IMG/VR virus record: IMGVR_UViG_3300036944_001289
Span: 124,001 to 188,000 of that record
Length of the DNA stretch: 64,000 nt
Direction: 5' to 3' (one strand)
Positions 59,838 to 64,000 of this stretch are shown here, piece by piece. Every line of letters begins with the position of its first letter. The stretch's first letter is position 1. Made by a program: the position numbers and the translations under genes. Under the pieces are notes generated by a model. It had not been told where the DNA came from. It saw nothing but the letters and a program-made list of their open reading frames with translations, and did not search any database.

Positions 59838-60032
59838 TTATCCTTTATTACATTCTTCCCAACAAGTTAGCTCATCCTCGTTTTCTAATATTAATACCAG
59901 ATCTTTTAAGTCATCAATTAGTTGTTGCAAATCTATTTTATCTTTAATGGCGTCTTCCTTTAATAGAGGATGCCCTTTAACAGGTTCTTTTTCTAGATAT
60001 TTCTTTGCAAGTTCTAAATGTTTATTTGTCAT
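59838..60032 (-). CDS. small early-type protein
   Basis: 64 aa; GGAAC-N5-TATACT upstream (60053-60068). Confidence 0.55.
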   Translation of the reverse strand: MTNKHLELAKKYLEKEPVKGHPLLKEDAIKDKIDLQQLIDDLKDLVLILENEDELTCWEECNKG

Positions 60033-60269
60033 AATAATTAGGGTGCATAATAAGTATATACTTGTTCCATCCTATAAAGTGAAACATTATTATATGAAAC
60101 CATTATTTAATACCGTTTCAGAAACGCTCTTATATGCAAAAGAGGTGATCAACCGTTTCAGAAAAGTATTATATGAAATATGTACTAGAGCGGTTTCTGA
60201 AAGCTACAAGAGGATATCAGATCAACAAACTTTTCAGAAATAAACGGATTTGAAAAATGAGTGAGAAAA

Positions 60270-60306
60270 TAATAGTAGGCTGCTTATATTAAGCAGCCTA
60301 CTATTA
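60270..60306. terminator. hairpin terminator downstream of the 60319 ORF
   Basis: TAATAGTAGGCTGCTTA-tat-TAAGCAGCCTACTATTA. Confidence 0.75.
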
Positions 60307-60318
60307 TGCTAATTACTT

Positions 60319-60681
60319 TTAGTCAATGCTGGGTTCTGAATCTTCGTCATCCGAATCCATATCTTCATCTTCTACATCCTCCACCATATCATTCTTCTTA
60401 ACCTTACCTGCCGCAATCAAACGACGCGCTTCCTTTTGCGCCTCCTTAAACTCTTCATACTTAGCCTTGCGACGAGCCTCCTTTTCCTCAGCCTCAATCT
60501 TATTCTTAGCTTCCGCTGCCAATTCCATCTCTTCCATATGCTGAATGGCCGCATCCAAAATTGCGGTCATCGTATCTTTTTCCGTCAAGTTAAGCTTCTT
60601 GCGGATTTCGATAATGCGATTCTTATCGGCTTCATGGAGTAGAGCTGCGGTGAACTTGGCTGGCACTTTTAGGGTCTTCAT
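60319..60681 (-). CDS. RHH-like DNA-binding protein with coiled coil and acidic tail
   Basis: beta-strand then two helices (KFTAALLHEADKNRIIEIRKKLNLTEKDTMTAILDAAI); visibly higher GC than the bulk genome. Confidence 0.5.
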   Translation of the reverse strand: MKTLKVPAKFTAALLHEADKNRIIEIRKKLNLTEKDTMTAILDAAIQHMEEMELAAEAKNKIEAEEKEARRKAKYEEFKEAQKEARRLIAAGKVKKNDMVEDVEDEDMDSDDEDSEPSID

Positions 60682-61196
60682 TTTAGTAGTTAGTTTGTTG
60701 TTGTTGTTAATAAGGGCTCTATCGGCCCTACATTTATATTACTAAAGTTCCGTTGTAAGAGTTGAAGGAGGATCCGAGGAAAAATAAGTCCTAAGCTTTT
60801 CAGAAAAGTAAAAAATGCAAGCCGCACTTTTCTGAAAAAATAGAATACACCTTTCATACCTGACTTTTCTGAAAAGCTTTGAATGCTGCTTCCAATTCGT
60901 AAACCACTTTTCGAGGAACTTTGATATTATAAAGTTTAAGGGTCTATATTTTTCCTGTATACTATTTCAGTTCCTGCGTTTCGTACGCATTAAAATGCAA
61001 GGCTTTATATGATACTAATATAAAAGAAGCTTACAAGTACGCAGGAACAAGTACTTGTGCCTAGTAAGCAGGAACTGGAACAGAGTACTATATAGCCGTA
61101 CTAAGAATCGGAACAATAAGAAAGGAGAGCCGCATAAAGCAGACTCTCCTTGTTCCTATATACTAGCTAACTAAAACTGTTCCTAGATACTATTGA

Positions 61197-61379
61197 TTAC
61201 TTACTAATCTTATCATCGACCTTATTTGAGAAGTATAGCATGATATAACCGAATACTGCCATCTTAATGATTACTAGTACTTGCATTACTAGAGTAGTTT
61301 GTTGCTTGAATGTAGCTCCTTCTAAGATAGCCAGTATTAGAAAGAATAGTGTTAGTAGTAGATTGATAGCTGTACGCAT
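61197..61379 (-). CDS. small two-TM membrane protein
   Basis: Two hydrophobic helices in 60 aa. Confidence 0.5.
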   Translation of the reverse strand: MRTAINLLLTLFFLILAILEGATFKQQTTLVMQVLVIIKMAVFGYIMLYFSNKVDDKISK

Positions 61380-61439
61380 ATAGTATGATCTAATATGTAT
61401 ATGAGGTTCTTATATCCAAGAATAACAATGTGTTTCGGG

Positions 61440-61469
61440 GCTCTCAGAGCGCTGTTTGTCTCTGAGAGC
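61440..61469. other. GC-rich hairpin without U-tract
   Basis: GCTCTCAGAG-N10-CTCTGAGAGC. Confidence 0.6.
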
Positions 61470-61510
61470 TGGGCGGGGCTATGATATCAGTGAGTGGGTT
61501 CTGTGAATGG

Positions 61511-62047
61511 TTAACTCATCTCGTCTAACCAGTTTTTGTAATAGGCTCTACCAGCTTTTGCTGCATTTGGACCACCTATAAATAGTGTTAACCCACCTGA
61601 ACCTACTACGAAACGTGGACCTCCACTTTGTTTATACAAAATCTCAGTGCAAGCCAAAATTGTAAGCTTACCACTAGCAATTGAATTAAAGAATGATAAT
61701 GGATCATCCACGAGTGTGATGTCTTTTGTTTTGAATACTCCTTTAGCAATAGCATCTTCGATAGTTAATTTAGCCTCGTCTGCATCTGGACCTGGTTTAC
61801 CAGTGTCGACGAATTCATAAGGCATATGTAGCATAAGGTCTTCAAACCCATAATTAGTGTAGATGTCTGAATTATTATCTTCTGGTAAAATTATAAAACA
61901 GGTTGGATCATCACCAAGACTATCATAGTTATCTTCGCACCTTACTACCGCGTTAGCTACTTTTGTTCCGTAGTCCTCGTCGGTGTTCTCTTTATAGATA
62001 GAAGCATAAGCTTCTGAAATTAACTTATAATCATGTTTGTCTTTCAT
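61511..62047 (-). CDS. acidic late protein
   Basis: TAAATA 5 nt upstream; KLISEAY...YKE leader. Confidence 0.65.
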   Translation of the reverse strand: MKDKHDYKLISEAYASIYKENTDEDYGTKVANAVVRCEDNYDSLGDDPTCFIILPEDNNSDIYTNYGFEDLMLHMPYEFVDTGKPGPDADEAKLTIEDAIAKGVFKTKDITLVDDPLSFFNSIASGKLTILACTEILYKQSGGPRFVVGSGGLTLFIGGPNAAKAGRAYYKNWLDEMS

Positions 62048-62244
62048 AGGTATATTTATTTATTCAGCGCTGCTCATAGATTTGAGAATCTTAGCTTGGG
62101 CTTCGAATTCTCTCTTGAAGCAGCATTATTTTTGTTTATATTTTGTTAGCATTCTGACATTTCTATGATCTCCCATACCTCTCTTGTAAATCCCTCTCCC
62201 ATCCTCCTATAACCTTCCGGTGCCGCATTAGGTTTTTCGTTAAT

Positions 62245-62463
62245 TTAACTATGATTTTTAACTATTTTATTAACGTATTCCTTAGCTTCCTTATTACTTA
62301 CCCCTACTAATACAGGTGTTTGATATAGAGGCTCTCCTACATATTCATATACTGTATATGTATTAAGAGCTACTTGCTTATTCTTCATCCATTGCTTTGT
62401 TACCGGGTTTTGTTCACTCACCCATTTATAGTCTTGTTCGATATGGAAGCTTTGATCGTTCAT
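62245..62463 (-). CDS. small hypothetical protein
   Basis: 72 aa in an early-type cluster. Confidence 0.5.
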   Translation of the reverse strand: MNDQSFHIEQDYKWVSEQNPVTKQWMKNKQVALNTYTVYEYVGEPLYQTPVLVGVSNKEAKEYVNKIVKNHS

Positions 62464-62474
62464 ATGAGTAATAA

Positions 62475-62867
62475 TTAAAATATACCATCACAGAAGCCTT
62501 GCTCAATACCATTAACAATTTCCAATACCTTAGCCTTATCTGGACCTGCTACAAACAATGCACCATCTACGCAAGTTGCATCTATATACTCTCCTTCTTC
62601 ATCTACCTCATTTGGCGCCGTATAAAGTGCTACATAACCTGTCTTTGCTAACTTCTGGAAGTTAAGCATATTTGCTACTACAGTAACATTCTTAAGTTCT
62701 TTTACCCGTCCCTTAATATAATCCATATGATCTTTATACATATCCATCTCATCTGGATTACTTGTGCGTAAAGCATCCGAAACCTCTTTAATGTTGCTAA
62801 TAAAAGGACCAGGATCAGAGACTTCATGACCTTCATCACCGCCTAGGACTACTTTATAGATATTCAT
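62475..62867 (-). CDS. hypothetical protein
   Basis: 130 aa; GGAAC-N5-TATAAT at 62905-62920. Confidence 0.6.
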   Translation of the reverse strand: MNIYKVVLGGDEGHEVSDPGPFISNIKEVSDALRTSNPDEMDMYKDHMDYIKGRVKELKNVTVVANMLNFQKLAKTGYVALYTAPNEVDEEGEYIDATCVDGALFVAGPDKAKVLEIVNGIEQGFCDGIF

Positions 62868-62940
62868 AATGTTTTAGATGTTATTTGTTTTACTGTGCAC
62901 TATAATTATATGTTTGTTCCGAGGGCTAACTAATTACTAA

Positions 62941-63189
62941 TTAAGCTTCCAAGTCAATATAAATCTCATCACCATTCTCATCCATAATAAGCTTACTAAG
63001 CTTATGATCTTTACCCACACCCCAATCACTCAGCTCATCAATAATACGCTGCACAGTGATAAGAGTCTTATCATTGTCGCCGAAACTAAAACTGTTACTT
63101 TCGCAGATGAAGTCGTATTGCTCATCACTGATATACTTTTCATCATACAAGGCACTTAGCTCTAAGATAGGTGTATATGTTGGTTTCAC
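62941..63189 (-). CDS. small acidic protein
   Basis: Start re-called at GTG 63189, 6 nt after GGAAC-N5-TATTAT. Confidence 0.55.
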   Translation of the reverse strand: MKPTYTPILELSALYDEKYISDEQYDFICESNSFSFGDNDKTLITVQRIIDELSDWGVGKDHKLSKLIMDENGDEIYIDLEA

Positions 63190-63217
63190 GTTATTATAAT
63201 ATATTTGTTCCCTTTGC

Positions 63218-63400
63218 TTACTCTTCTTCGTCTTTGAAAAGTGCTTCAAGATACTCTCGATCCTGAGCTTTATCAAAAGCTTCATTGACAGATTTTACAA
63301 ACTCTTTAAGCTGTTCAATAGTGTCTACATTATGTAGCGCTTCGCTTAAGTTATCCTTTGCGCACTCAATATAGGTTTCTTGTTTTTCTTTTTGAGTCAT
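63218..63400 (-). CDS. small acidic protein
   Basis: 60 aa; GGAAC-N5-TAATAT 6 nt upstream. Confidence 0.55.
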   Translation of the reverse strand: MTQKEKQETYIECAKDNLSEALHNVDTIEQLKEFVKSVNEAFDKAQDREYLEALFKDEEE

Positions 63401-63431
63401 ACCAATATATTATATTGGTTCCCGGGGCTTA

Positions 63432-63842
63432 CTATTGGCGTATCCCGTTTTTATATACAATTAGTTTTTTATTTGGATTATCTAATATAATATCCATTAC
63501 ATGATTAGTAATTACTTGTTCTGTATATGTAATTATTACACCGTTACTAAACATATTATTAAACCATTTATAGTACTTTGAACTTTCGAGTATAACAACA
63601 TAGTCTACAATATCAAAGGTAAGTATAAATACATTGTTATCTATACTCTTAAAAGCCAACCAATCTACTTCATCTGGGTCGAACTGTCCTTTACTTTGTA
63701 GATTGTCTATATAGTATTGAAAGATACCATCTGATATCTCTTCTGGTGTATGTCTATTTTCTAGCTGATCTAGACGTGTATTAAAAAAGTGCTCAAGACT
63801 TGTAGTTGTTCTTATAACACATATTATAGCCTTGTTATTCAT
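63432..63842 (-). CDS. hypothetical protein
   Basis: 136 aa ORF. Confidence 0.55.
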   Translation of the reverse strand: MNNKAIICVIRTTTSLEHFFNTRLDQLENRHTPEEISDGIFQYYIDNLQSKGQFDPDEVDWLAFKSIDNNVFILTFDIVDYVVILESSKYYKWFNNMFSNGVIITYTEQVITNHVMDIILDNPNKKLIVYKNGIRQ

Positions 63843-64000
63843 TTTATACGTTCTCCATCTCTATATACAATAAGCTCAGTATTATTACTATCATGTATAA
63901 GCTTTAATATGTGTTCGTATATATCAATCCAATCGGTATTACTACTCACCATTTTCATGATTTTATAGTACTTAGATGTATCAGGAATAATATATACATC

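Larger units (their letters stand above)
59596..60874. repeat. ten copies of the near-palindrome TTTCWGAAA
   Basis: 59596, 59733, 59770, 60116, 60156, 60194, 60232, 60798, 60829, 60866. Confidence 0.85.

Noticed and set aside
59830-60243. 137-aa plus-strand ORF
   Set aside because: Antisense shadow of 59838-60032 running through the TTTCWGAAA array; low-information sequence
7506-60745. Many short antisense ORFs in the track (e.g. 7506, 9788, 12979, 25729, 35394, 48813, 49275, 54978, 60326)
   Set aside because: They overlap well-supported genes on the opposite strand and have shadow-like composition
62048-62244. Purine-rich minus-strand segment as a gene
   Set aside because: All frames are interrupted within about 30 codons; possibly a decayed ORF but unsupported
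1-64000. tRNA or rRNA genes
   Set aside because: No T-loop GTTCRANYC with a cloverleaf was seen in the intergenic gaps; a tRNA scan would be needed to exclude them fully

Overview
AT-rich 64-kb segment of a large T4-like (myovirus) bacteriophage genome. Recognisable modules: (i) head and neck genes (portal gp20, gp13, gp4, protease gp21, scaffold gp22, major capsid gp23, gp15), gp5-like baseplate hub and fibre-like proteins; (ii) replication and nucleotide genes (uvsW fragment, uvsY, gp62, GroES-like, DinG-like helicase, nrdB, nrdA, phoH); (iii) a dispersed 7-deazaguanine pathway (folE2, queD, queE, queF, a TGT-fold DpdA-like protein; no queC in the window), two P-loop kinases and a DUF366-like ligase-fold protein; (iv) a 12-gene glycosyltransferase/methyltransferase array; (v) a holin-like plus u-spanin-like pair. 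Beyond the standard annotation: more than 20 late ORFs begin with a T4 internal-protein-like capsid-targeting leader ending in (L/I)xE. Five LHRxDGPA-repeat paralogs share a ~30-aa C-terminal tag. A 69-aa basic protein copies a motif of the major capsid protein. Many genes look leaderless (promoter 5-7 nt from the start codon), while gp15 has a perfect Shine-Dalgarno and appears to start at AUU. Near 59.2 kb the genome switches to a control region with a GC-rich palindromic patch, ten TTTCWGAAA sites around an RHH-like gene, and a GGAAC-N5-TATAAT promoter-like motif. No tRNA, CRISPR array or reverse transcriptase was seen. All family calls are by eye from motifs; no database search was run.
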